64,000 bases of DNA from Salinispira sp. (GTDB taxonomy: Bacteria > Spirochaetota > Spirochaetia > DSM-27196 > Salinispiraceae): contig OZ271918.1 of NCBI GenBank assembly GCA_965602015.1, positions 2,528,001 through 2,592,000 of the forward strand, written 5' to 3'. Positions 29,478 through 38,340 of this stretch are shown piece by piece. The translations under genes and the position numbers were made by a program. Under the pieces are notes generated by a model, which saw only the letters and a list, made by a program, of their open reading frames with translations, ran no database searches and was not told where the DNA came from. The first letter of the stretch is position 1; each line of letters starts with the position of its first letter.

Positions 29478-30518
29478 TTACTCGGTAAAAACCCGGTTTT
29501 CCTGCTCTGCGACCCTGATAAAAGTTGTCCTCTTGCTTAGTTCCTTCAACCGGGCGGCTCCCACATAGGTGCAGGTCGACCGTATGCCTCCCAGAATGTC
29601 TTTGACGGAGTCTGCAACATCGCCCCGGTAGGGGATGCTCGTCACCTTTCCCTCGCTTGCCCGGTACTCAGCCACTCCGCCCGAGTGTTTTTCCATGGCC
29701 CTGGCCGAACTCATGCCGTAGAATTCAACGAATTTTTTTCTGTCTTTCTCGATGATGTCTCCGCCGCTTTGAGTATGGCCGGCAAACATTCCCCCGAGCA
29801 TCACGAAGTCGGCCCCGGCGCCGAACGCCTTTGCCACTTCGCCCGGGCTGGTACAGCCTCCGTCGGCGATTATATGGCCGCCTAGCCCGTGGGCAGCGTC
29901 GGCGCACTCGATAATGGCAGAGATTTGCGGGTACCCCACGCCGGTCTTTACCCTGGTGGTGCATACCGATCCGGGTCCGATTCCGACCTTGATGATATCA
30001 GCTCCCGACAGAATCAGTTCCTCAACCATTTCGCCGGTCACCACATTTCCCGCCGCAATGGTGATCGACGGGAACTCATCCCGGACCTTTTTCACGAAGT
30101 TCACGAAGTGCTCCGAGTAACCGTTGGCCACATCGATGCAGATTGAAGAAATTCTGGAGTCCAGGGCCATAATCTCGCCCAGTTTTTTCTTATCTTCATC
30201 CCCGGTTCCAGAGCTCACCATAAATCGCATAAAAAAATCATCGCTCCTTTCGTCGAGAAAAGATTTCCAGTTTTCCACCGTGTAATGCTTGTGAATGGCG
30301 GTTAGCAGGCCGTGCTCTCCCAGGGCTTCAGCCATCTCGAATGTGCCCACCGTGTCCATGTTTGCCGCAATAACAGGTACCCCTCGCCATGAGCGCTCTG
30401 AGTTGCGAAATGTGAATTCCCGATTCAGGTCCACCTGGGACCGGCTTCGAAGAGTGGAACGCTTCGGTCGGAACATAACGTCTTTGAAGCCGAGCTTAAT
30501 TTCCGGTTCGATTCTCAT
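29478..30518 (-). CDS. guaC: GMP reductase (E. coli-type)
   Basis: [56 protein letters not shown]. Confidence 0.96.
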   Translation of the reverse strand: MRIEPEIKLGFKDVMFRPKRSTLRSRSQVDLNREFTFRNSERSWRGVPVIAANMDTVGTFEMAEALGEHGLLTAIHKHYTVENWKSFLDERSDDFFMRFMVSSGTGDEDKKKLGEIMALDSRISSICIDVANGYSEHFVNFVKKVRDEFPSITIAAGNVVTGEMVEELILSGADIIKVGIGPGSVCTTRVKTGVGYPQISAIIECADAAHGLGGHIIADGGCTSPGEVAKAFGAGADFVMLGGMFAGHTQSGGDIIEKDRKKFVEFYGMSSARAMEKHSGGVAEYRASEGKVTSIPYRGDVADSVKDILGGIRSTCTYVGAARLKELSKRTTFIRVAEQENRVFTE

Positions 30519-30582
30519 GGGATGCCTCCTGTTGACAGGGTTCAATACTAGTGAAGCGTTCAGTTCATGTAAACCCGTTCTT

Positions 30583-30728
30583 AGTGCCCCCAAAACAGCT
30601 GATTAATTTGATGTAAATGCCTTTGCAACAAAAACTAAAGGACTGATCTGAAGTTTTATTTCAACTCTACTTGTATTTCCATTCAAGATTGATACTTAGC
30701 GCGCTAAATCAGCTGTTTTGGGGGCACT
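30583..30728. mobile_element. 146-bp MITE sharing the IS terminal repeats
   Basis: 22-bp perfect TIR AGTGCCCCCAAAACAGCTGATT at both ends; AT-rich non-coding interior. Confidence 0.9.
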
Positions 30729-30776
30729 GCAAAAGCGTCCTGGACATATGGTTTTCGCGAAGCTATGTTTAAACCC

Positions 30777-31817
30777 ATGAAATACCGACCGGTTTTCCAT
30801 CGGCTCAGCCTTTTGCTTGCGGCCTTGCTGCTTCTCCTGCTTTTCGGAGGGTTCCGTCTCCTGGGAATGCCGGATAACGGCAATCCGGATTCCCGCCAGC
30901 TCAGCGTCAGTTCAGAAGAAATCGAGGACAGCAGGCCCCGGGGCGGAGCCGAATCGCTTTCGCATACGGAAAATCAGGATCTTTCCGCAACGTTAAACGA
31001 ACCCTGGAATGACCCCGAACAGGTTATCAGGGCATTCTCCCGGGCATATCCCGACCGGGTCAGCGCCATTGCATTCAGGAGAGACGACTGGGCGCTTTTG
31101 GTCGACGGTCAATGGTTTTACCATGCCGGGGGCAGAATGCTGCCCGAGGAGCTCCTGGATGAAGCAGAGCGCTACGCCCCATACTCCTTTTATCCTTACA
31201 CACCGGAGCTGCGGGCGCTTCGGGAGTACAGCGACGAAGAGGTCGCCGAACTGGAAGCCCGGGTCGAGTCCCAGGCTAGTTCGGGCATAGGACGGCATCC
31301 CGGTCTGACCGACGCATTGTGGGGAATATCGGATTTTAACTCCAGCGACCGCAAAGTAAAAACCCTTTATCTTTTCAGGAGACAGGTAAATGTTCACCGC
31401 TACCTGCTTGAAGATTTGGCAGAGGTTGAAGAGCGCATCTACGAGCTGGCCCGGGACAACAGTGAGATTCGCGGGTATGTGGATTCGATCAGTACGGTGA
31501 CAGGGCACAGTTGGCGCCCTATTCTGGGAACGTTCAGCCGCAGTCTGCACTCCTACGGCATAGCCATAGATATTTTGCCCGGGAGGTTTACCCAGGCTCA
31601 AGTGTACTGGAGATGGGCGAGGCAGCTCGGACTGCCCTGGTACAACCTACCCTATGATCAGCGGATGATGCCGCCGATGGAGTTCGTCAGAGAGTTTGAG
31701 AAAGCGGGATTTATATGGGGCGGGAAATGGCGAAGATTCGATACGATACACTTTGAGTACCGGCCGGAAATTTTTGAATTAAACAGGGAGTCCTGGGAGC
31801 ATATGTCAAGGGGATGA
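30777..31817 (+). CDS. M15-family (LAS) cell-wall peptidase
   Basis: N-terminal anchor; SLHSYGIAIDI, GFIWGG.W, DTIHFEY; start follows TGGACA-17-TATGTT. Confidence 0.88.
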   Translation: MKYRPVFHRLSLLLAALLLLLLFGGFRLLGMPDNGNPDSRQLSVSSEEIEDSRPRGGAESLSHTENQDLSATLNEPWNDPEQVIRAFSRAYPDRVSAIAFRRDDWALLVDGQWFYHAGGRMLPEELLDEAERYAPYSFYPYTPELRALREYSDEEVAELEARVESQASSGIGRHPGLTDALWGISDFNSSDRKVKTLYLFRRQVNVHRYLLEDLAEVEERIYELARDNSEIRGYVDSISTVTGHSWRPILGTFSRSLHSYGIAIDILPGRFTQAQVYWRWARQLGLPWYNLPYDQRMMPPMEFVREFEKAGFIWGGKWRRFDTIHFEYRPEIFELNRESWEHMSRG

Positions 31818-31835
31818 TATTCAGCGCTGGTGTGA

Positions 31836-32105
31836 TCACAAGCCGCAATCCCTTCGGTCATCCATTATCCTGATAGCCTGCTCGGGAAAAAGCATATCCA
31901 TTCGCCGGCTGTGTTCGCTGATAAATTCCTTCTCGGGTTCCCGGGAAACCCGAAACCAGACCCGGTAAAGATGGGGAACATTGTCTGCATTGGGGCAACG
32001 GGGAAGCCGCTCGCCGGCCTCCATACTTACCACCCTTCCGCAATCAAGACACTGATAGTACCCGCTGCTCACCGATGTGTGACTGTGAAAAAGCATGGAT
32101 TTCAT
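31836..32105 (-). CDS. Small zinc-ribbon protein
   Basis: RBS GGAGG; G.YQCLDCG...LPRCP motif. Confidence 0.7.
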   Translation of the reverse strand: MKSMLFHSHTSVSSGYYQCLDCGRVVSMEAGERLPRCPNADNVPHLYRVWFRVSREPEKEFISEHSRRMDMLFPEQAIRIMDDRRDCGL

Positions 32106-32149
32106 ATCATCCTCCGATAGTCAAAAGATTGCATTTTCACTGTGGGTAT

Positions 32150-32218
32150 TCTATGGCGAATTCTAGCTATTTTGGGGTCGATTATCCATTATCTCTATAG
32201 CAACTTCTAGCTATTTTG
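32150..32218. promoter_or_regulatory. Two 25-bp direct repeats 44 bp apart, each with an ATAGC-N8-GCTAT dyad; putative operator pair
   Basis: TCTATGGCGAATTCTAGCTATTTTG (32150) vs TCTATAGCAACTTCTAGCTATTTTG (32194), 22/25 identical. Confidence 0.75.
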
Positions 32219-32287
32219 AACCCCGACCCGCCACCTCATTATATAGAAGGTGTATTATCTGGATAGAATGATTACGGGAGGAAAACC

Positions 32288-32893
32288 ATGAACGAATCAT
32301 CCCTTCACTTAACTGACAGCCTGGCGAACCTGGAAGAACTGGATTCGCGGCACCAGGCCGATAACTATGAGGCGCCGGATCTCTATATCTGGCATCAGCT
32401 GGTGGACAGGCTGGTAGTACTGTTCAGACTCTCGGCAGAGGAAGAGCGGCGGATCAGAATCAATCAACTGCTTCGCATGCTGAGCCTGCTCCCCCGCTTC
32501 GCCGGATGCAAAAATCCCGAAGGTACGGGGCTGTTAATGGCCTGCACCTACATTGCTGAGCGCCGGGTCGCCCGGGACCTCTTTGCCCATAAACCGGAGA
32601 ATGACGACGACGTACTGAGCCGTCTGGAACCCTTTTCCCGGCTGCTCGAAGGCGGGGACCCTGAAATCATCGAAAAAGGGCTCAACCTTGCAGCCCTCAC
32701 AATGATAAAGGACTATGCCGCCGATGCCGACGATGACCAGTCCAAAGGCAAGTACAACCCCGTGGCGCAAAAACGCTGGGACTGGCGCAAAATTGCCGCA
32801 AGCATCATCCGCCGGAACGATGAAATTACCCATCCGGTAATCGACGGGATTTATGGGCCGGATATAGCCTTGAAGAGCTGGTGGGTTATATAA
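32288..32893 (+). CDS. Hypothetical protein with Asp-rich motif (DYAADADDDQSKGKYNP) and C-terminal WW; possible prenyltransferase/peptide-signal precursor
   Basis: RBS GGAGG; 201 aa; ORF well supported, function is inference. Confidence 0.75.
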   Translation: MNESSLHLTDSLANLEELDSRHQADNYEAPDLYIWHQLVDRLVVLFRLSAEEERRIRINQLLRMLSLLPRFAGCKNPEGTGLLMACTYIAERRVARDLFAHKPENDDDVLSRLEPFSRLLEGGDPEIIEKGLNLAALTMIKDYAADADDDQSKGKYNPVAQKRWDWRKIAASIIRRNDEITHPVIDGIYGPDIALKSWWVI

Positions 32894-32914
32894 GTATCAT
32901 TATATAATCCAGCA

Positions 32915-33694
32915 ATGGAGAAACGCGTAAACTGGCTTTTCATTTTTTTTGCAGCATCTGTCGGCGTTGTTAACACAATAATAGCTTTAATTCGTGGAAG
33001 CGGGGATGTAGCTGCCCTGAATGATTCAGCGATTATTATACCCGTTATTGGTACTGTGCTTTTTATGACGATCCAGCGTGCGAAACCGAAGTATGTCCGC
33101 ATTGCCCATACTGTGTTTTTATCGATTGTTGCAAGCATTGCAATTCTCGATGATTATTCATCGGTTTTCGGCCTCGGTTTCGCGCTCATTGCCCTGTATC
33201 TGGCGCAGAAATACGGCTATTTCGTTCGAAACACCATCGTCAAATCCGTAATCTCGTTAATCGCCATAGTCATTTTTGTTGAGATATCTGCTATTGCAGA
33301 AAGCGCCACCGGCGCGGGCCTGGACGTAGCCCTCTTTGTCTTCTTCTTTTTCGCGATTTTTTATTTCGGGGACCGGGAGACCTTCCTGCGCTACAAGGAA
33401 CAGGAGGAGGCCCTCAAGGAACGGGTTCGCAAGGAGTACGGTTCGGGGGTTGACCTGAAAGAGATCGGCTTCACTGAGCGGGAAATCGAGGTGGGGGCCG
33501 TCCTCTGCCAAACCCTGGGGACCGACAAGGAAATCGCCTACGACCTCAATATCTCGAAAAACACGGTTATAAACCATCTTCGTTCCATGCGGGACAAGGC
33601 CGACGTGCGGGACCGTCAGCATCTTATCGAGGCCATCCGCCGCTACTACATAACCCGGGATGACGCTGCGGAAACCGACACCGAAAATATGTAA
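32915..33694 (+). CDS. Membrane-bound LuxR-family regulator (5-6 TM plus C-terminal HTH)
   Basis: Hydrophobic N-terminal ~150 aa; FTEREIEV...TDKEIA.DLNIS.NTV..HL...K LuxR HTH; no receiver domain. Confidence 0.85.
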   Translation: MEKRVNWLFIFFAASVGVVNTIIALIRGSGDVAALNDSAIIIPVIGTVLFMTIQRAKPKYVRIAHTVFLSIVASIAILDDYSSVFGLGFALIALYLAQKYGYFVRNTIVKSVISLIAIVIFVEISAIAESATGAGLDVALFVFFFFAIFYFGDRETFLRYKEQEEALKERVRKEYGSGVDLKEIGFTEREIEVGAVLCQTLGTDKEIAYDLNISKNTVINHLRSMRDKADVRDRQHLIEAIRRYYITRDDAAETDTENM

Positions 33695-33818
33695 ATAACT
33701 TTGTAACAGCATACCCCGGGCGATGTTATTTAGCGAACGGATTGAATTTCCGTCCGCTGCGGGATGCCCCATATCCGGCGAATCCGGAGGCTTGGACCGC
33801 AGCACACAAGGAGGGCTC

Positions 33819-35069
33819 ATGTCCCGTCCCACCACGCTGCTGCTGGCAGCAATTGTTTCCGTCATTGCGTTGGCTTCCTGCAGAACCGCACCAGAAATCG
33901 TTGAATTCGATCCGGACCAGGAACTGGTGCCCGCGGTGGTAAGTCCCCAGGCGCCCGATGAAAGCATCGCTCCGGGAGTCACCATCCAAAGCGCCCAGGA
34001 TCAGCTAGTATTCACCTACGAGAATCCCATTCTCACGGTTCTCAGCAACGCCTTTTCGCCCAACGGCGACGGCTATCGGGACGAACTGGGTTTTTCCGTC
34101 GCGGTCCCCAGCACCGAAGGTTTCGCATCCTGGGAACTGATACTGCTCAGCGAGGGTCACCGGGAGATTTTTAAGATCCGCGGAAACCAGCTTATTCCCG
34201 GCAGCTTCAGCTGGGACGGAAACAGCCCCACCGGCCGACCGGTGGCCGACGGCTGGTACTACGGCCGCCTTCATGTCAACTACGAAAGCGGACAGCGGCT
34301 CACCGCCCACTCCTCGGAATTCCTGCTGTGGAGGGAGGGACCCCGGGCCCGTATCTCGGTTCCCGACGGATACTTCTCGCCTGACGGGGACGGAGTGAAC
34401 GACACGATTACCCTGAGCCTTGCGGTAGAGAATCGCGACGACATTGTGGCATATCAGGTAGCCCTGTTTAACAGCCGGGACAGCCTTTTCGAGCTCTACA
34501 GCGCACCGGGAGCGCCTCCTGAAGAATTCACCTGGGATGGTACAAACCGGCATGGAGAAACCGTTGAAAGCGCAGAAGATTACCGGGTGGAACTCCGGCT
34601 CTGGGATGACCTGGGCAACGTGAGCGTCACCGAAGCGACCATACCCGTCGATATTCTGGTGTACCGCGACGGCGATCAGATAAAGATCCGCATTTCTGCG
34701 ATCAACTTTCTGCCCTTCTCGGCGAACTACATCGATCTGCCCCCGGAAGTCCGCAGTAAAAATCTGCAGACCCTCGACCGGCTCGCGGAAATCCTCAACC
34801 GTTTCCCCGGTTACGGAATCGACATTCAGGGCCATGCGGTGCAGATTTACTGGAACGATCCGGTGCGTGGAGCCCGGGAGCAGTCGGAGGTACTTATTCC
34901 TCTGAGCAGTGCCAGGGCGGAGGCTGTGCGGGAAGCTCTGGTCGCCCGGGGTATTGCCGGCGGCCGAATGACTACTTCCGGCGTGGGTGCCATGCGTCCC
35001 TTGGTGCCTAACAGCGATCTGGAAAACCGCTGGATGAACCGTCGGGTTGAATTCATTCTCGAGAGGTAG
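33819..35069 (+). CDS. Lipoprotein with two FlgD-Ig-like repeats and OmpA domain (short paralog of 3694-6876)
   Basis: RBS AGGAGG; lipobox LASC; FSPNGDG, FSPDGDG; IQGH...LS..RA...NRRVEFILER. Confidence 0.88.
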   Translation: MSRPTTLLLAAIVSVIALASCRTAPEIVEFDPDQELVPAVVSPQAPDESIAPGVTIQSAQDQLVFTYENPILTVLSNAFSPNGDGYRDELGFSVAVPSTEGFASWELILLSEGHREIFKIRGNQLIPGSFSWDGNSPTGRPVADGWYYGRLHVNYESGQRLTAHSSEFLLWREGPRARISVPDGYFSPDGDGVNDTITLSLAVENRDDIVAYQVALFNSRDSLFELYSAPGAPPEEFTWDGTNRHGETVESAEDYRVELRLWDDLGNVSVTEATIPVDILVYRDGDQIKIRISAINFLPFSANYIDLPPEVRSKNLQTLDRLAEILNRFPGYGIDIQGHAVQIYWNDPVRGAREQSEVLIPLSSARAEAVREALVARGIAGGRMTTSGVGAMRPLVPNSDLENRWMNRRVEFILER

Positions 35070-35110
35070 AAATGTAACCTTTCCCCGCTGTTATGGGGGC
35101 ATTCTGCGCC

Positions 35111-35152
35111 AAAAAAAACCGGCCGGGGATTATCCCGACCGGTCTTTTTTTT
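35111..35152. terminator. Bidirectional intrinsic terminator
   Basis: A-run, ACCGG-CGGG...CCCG-CCGGT stem, T-run between convergent genes. Confidence 0.8.
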
Positions 35153-35159
35153 GAACGCC

Positions 35160-36329
35160 TCAATCATTCAAAAAAGCAAAGCGGTTGCTGTCAGTGTTGA
35201 GCCCGGCAATTGCCGAGGGAGACAGGGTGAATGTAATCCCTTTGGGATCGCCATTGAGAAAGGAATCTGCCTCGCTGCCGTTGCTTTCATAGCCTCCGGA
35301 GCTGGTATAGGCGATATTGTTATCCAGCCCCGTCACAAAAAAGAGATCCGGGTTGTTTTCCACCAGCGCCGGATCATTGGCGGCAGCAACATCGAGGGCC
35401 GACCCCAAGCCGGATCCTGACGTTATTGTACCCGCAGTCTGACCCAAGATAGCGTCCAGGTCCCCTGGATTTACCCCTTCAATCCACTCAAAGAGAATAT
35501 CGAGGTAGCTGCTTTTTATGTCCATGCTCTCGTTTACATTACCCGAGACGATGACGTCCGCTTTTGGAAAATACAGCGCCACCTCCGAGCGTTCGCCGTC
35601 CGGGCTGCCCAGGGCCTTGAACATGTACACATGCTCCGCCTCGTAGGGAACCTCAAAATCCGAATTGCCGGGAATCACGTAGTGGTAAGCCACCCCGCCC
35701 TCAAACTCGTACTGGCCTTCGGCGTTGCGTGTGCCTTCGAAATACAAGGCCTGGGCTTCGGTTTGTCCGCTGCTGTCGAGGTTGTTGATGTTGGCATAAA
35801 CCGTCAAAACAGGAGAGGCGCCGGTTTCGTCATAGCTGATAAATATTCGGTCGAGCTGCCGGTCGGCTGCTTCTGGCTCATGGTAGATAATGTTTCCCTT
35901 GACTTCGCCGGGCTGATAGTTGAGCTGCATGTAGCGCTGGCCTGCGGAAGTGCGCCACTCTATGCGCTTGGGAAGTGACCGGGCGTCGGAGGTGCTGATA
36001 ACCACGCTTTCACCGTTGTTGTAGTCGAAGGTGCCCTCGTTGGGAATAAAATTTTCATTGATTCGCCGGATGATTTCGTCAACCGCATCGAGGGCGGTTT
36101 CCGCAAGTCTCAGGGACGCCCTAAACGGCTCGAAAACATCCTCCGGGCTCTCACCGACGCTTCGGGAGGTAATACTGGCCTGAGAGTTTCCCGCAGTGAG
36201 GGCCGGCGGAATGGAAATGCTCCGCTCTGAGATATCTCCCCCGGAAAGGTCGGGCAAGAGCGCCTGACAGGAGCCAAGCAGTATCAAAATGGCAGGAAAG
36301 ATTAGTGCGGTTTTTACAGTCTGTTTCAT
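35160..36329 (-). CDS. Hypothetical lipoprotein
   Basis: RBS GGAGG before MKQTVKTALIFPAILILLGSC (lipobox). Confidence 0.8.
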   Translation of the reverse strand: MKQTVKTALIFPAILILLGSCQALLPDLSGGDISERSISIPPALTAGNSQASITSRSVGESPEDVFEPFRASLRLAETALDAVDEIIRRINENFIPNEGTFDYNNGESVVISTSDARSLPKRIEWRTSAGQRYMQLNYQPGEVKGNIIYHEPEAADRQLDRIFISYDETGASPVLTVYANINNLDSSGQTEAQALYFEGTRNAEGQYEFEGGVAYHYVIPGNSDFEVPYEAEHVYMFKALGSPDGERSEVALYFPKADVIVSGNVNESMDIKSSYLDILFEWIEGVNPGDLDAILGQTAGTITSGSGLGSALDVAAANDPALVENNPDLFFVTGLDNNIAYTSSGGYESNGSEADSFLNGDPKGITFTLSPSAIAGLNTDSNRFAFLND

Positions 36330-36424
36330 ATCGCCCTCCGGTCTTTCATTAATATATATAGTACTCCCGTTGATGAGAAAAAACAGGCTTAACAGATGCA
36401 AAGTAGACGGGTACAATCCCCGGC

Positions 36425-37315
36425 ATGGAAGAGAAGGAAGCCGCCGGCAAACAGGGCCCTGGCAGCAATGACAACAATGGCGTCGATGCGGGAGAGCGGG
36501 ACACCATTTATGCAGACCCGGTGAATCCCGTGCCCCCATTTCGCTTCGACAGAAAGGTGGCCCGGGTGTTCCCCGACATGATCAAGCGCTCGGTTCCGGG
36601 CTATCAGGACATCATCGAAATGATCGGGCTTTTCGCACGGCATTTCGTTCAGGCCGGGAGCATCTGCTATGACCTGGGAGCCAGCCTGGGAGCCGCAACC
36701 CTGGCAATGAGACGGAATATCATTGCGGAGGATTGCCGGATTATCGCCGTGGACAATAGCAGGGACATGCTCGCTCGCTGCGCCGAGAACCTGGCCTGGG
36801 ATCAGTCCAGAACCCCGGTTGATACCCTGCTCTCAGATCTGGAAGATGTCCGCATTACAAACGCCGGCATGGTGGTTTTGAATTTTACCCTTCAGTTCAT
36901 TGCGCCGGAGCGCCGGCAGAGAATTATTGATAACATTTACCGGGGTCTGCGCCCCGGCGGCATTCTTATCCTCTCGGAGAAGCTCAACTACGGGGATAAT
37001 CCGGTTCAGCAGGAGATAATGACCGATCTGCACCTGGATTTTAAGAGGATGAACGGCTACAGCGACCTGGAAATCAGCCAGAAACGGCAAAGCCTTGAAA
37101 ATGTGCTCATTTCGAACAGCCACAGCGAACTGACGACCATGTTCCGCAACGCGGGATTTAACGAATATTTCGAGTGGTTCCGGTTTTTTACCTTCAGTTC
37201 AATGTTTGCCCGGAAGGGAAATGAACCGCCGCATACCGCGACGGGAGACCGGCCAGAAGACCGACGAGAATACCGGGCGGAACATCAGGCGGATACCCCC
37301 GCGGAAGAACAATGA
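36425..37315 (+). CDS. cmoA: Carboxy-SAM synthase
   Basis: F.FD.KVA.VFPDMI.RSVPGY, YDLG.SLGA, LNFTLQF, NGYS.LEISQKR..LEN. Confidence 0.93.
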   Translation: MEEKEAAGKQGPGSNDNNGVDAGERDTIYADPVNPVPPFRFDRKVARVFPDMIKRSVPGYQDIIEMIGLFARHFVQAGSICYDLGASLGAATLAMRRNIIAEDCRIIAVDNSRDMLARCAENLAWDQSRTPVDTLLSDLEDVRITNAGMVVLNFTLQFIAPERRQRIIDNIYRGLRPGGILILSEKLNYGDNPVQQEIMTDLHLDFKRMNGYSDLEISQKRQSLENVLISNSHSELTTMFRNAGFNEYFEWFRFFTFSSMFARKGNEPPHTATGDRPEDRREYRAEHQADTPAEEQ

Positions 37316-38340
37316 AATCCATTTCCGACTCCCGTATACTGAGTCCATCCGCCTACTCCGGTTTTTTCGCGCACCCAAAATGCGAATTTCTGACAGGTAT
37401 TCGGGACTATCTCAATGAGATTCTTATCAGAAATCTCGATCCGCTGAGAAATAATCAGATGGAGCTGTGGAAGCGGGCCATCGCCGCTCTTCCGGCTGAG
37501 GTGCATCAGGATCAGTCCGCAGGGGCGATGCAGCCTGAGCCGACCGTAGCCAATGGCCGGGTCAGGGTTGGCGGGGACGCCGGGGCCGCGTTGGCCGCGG
37601 AGATCGAACAGGGGCTTAGGGAACTGATGCCCTGGAGAAAGGGGCCCTGGGATTTTTTCGGCATCCATGTGGACACCGAATGGCGTTCCGACTGGAAGTG
37701 GGACCGGGTTCTGCCCCACATCGCCGAGTTGACCGGACGCCGGGTTCTGGACATCGGTTGCGGAAACGGATACCACCTGTGGCGCATGCGCGAGGCCGGG
37801 GCAGATGCGGCAGTGGGCATTGAGCCCCACCTGCTAAATGTGGCCCAGTACTCCCTGATGCAGCGCTGGTTCCCCGACCTGCCGTTGACCGTCCTCCCCA
37901 TGACCTTGGAGGAATATCCGGTGAACACCCGAATCTACGACACGGTGTTCAGCATGGGGGTGCTGTATCACCGTAAAAGCCCGGTGGACCACCTGATTCA
38001 CTGCAAGTCCTGCCTCAGGGAGGGCGGCGAGCTGGTGCTTGAAACCCTGGTGGTACCGGGAGACGTGAACAGCGTGCTGGTGCCCGAGGACCGCTACGGA
38101 AAAATGCCGAATGTGTGGAATATTCCCTCGGCGGAACTCGCAATGCGGCTGTTGCGGCGGGTCGGTTTCCGGAACATACGGCTTGTCGACGTAAACCGGA
38201 CCAGCGTGGAGGAACAGCGCTCAACCGACTGGATGCGCTTTGAAAGCCTCGCGGATTACCTCGATCCGTCAAATCCCGATCTCACGGTGGAGGGCTATCC
38301 GGCGCCCCGCCGGGCGGTAATTATCGCCGAGAGTCCTTAG
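37312..38340 (+). CDS. cmoB: tRNA U34 carboxymethyltransferase
   Basis: LMPWRKGP, DTEWRSDWKWDR, FSMGVLYH, EQR.TDWM, EGYPAP; ATGA overlap with cmoA. Confidence 0.95.
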   Translation: MKSISDSRILSPSAYSGFFAHPKCEFLTGIRDYLNEILIRNLDPLRNNQMELWKRAIAALPAEVHQDQSAGAMQPEPTVANGRVRVGGDAGAALAAEIEQGLRELMPWRKGPWDFFGIHVDTEWRSDWKWDRVLPHIAELTGRRVLDIGCGNGYHLWRMREAGADAAVGIEPHLLNVAQYSLMQRWFPDLPLTVLPMTLEEYPVNTRIYDTVFSMGVLYHRKSPVDHLIHCKSCLREGGELVLETLVVPGDVNSVLVPEDRYGKMPNVWNIPSAELAMRLLRRVGFRNIRLVDVNRTSVEEQRSTDWMRFESLADYLDPSNPDLTVEGYPAPRRAVIIAESP

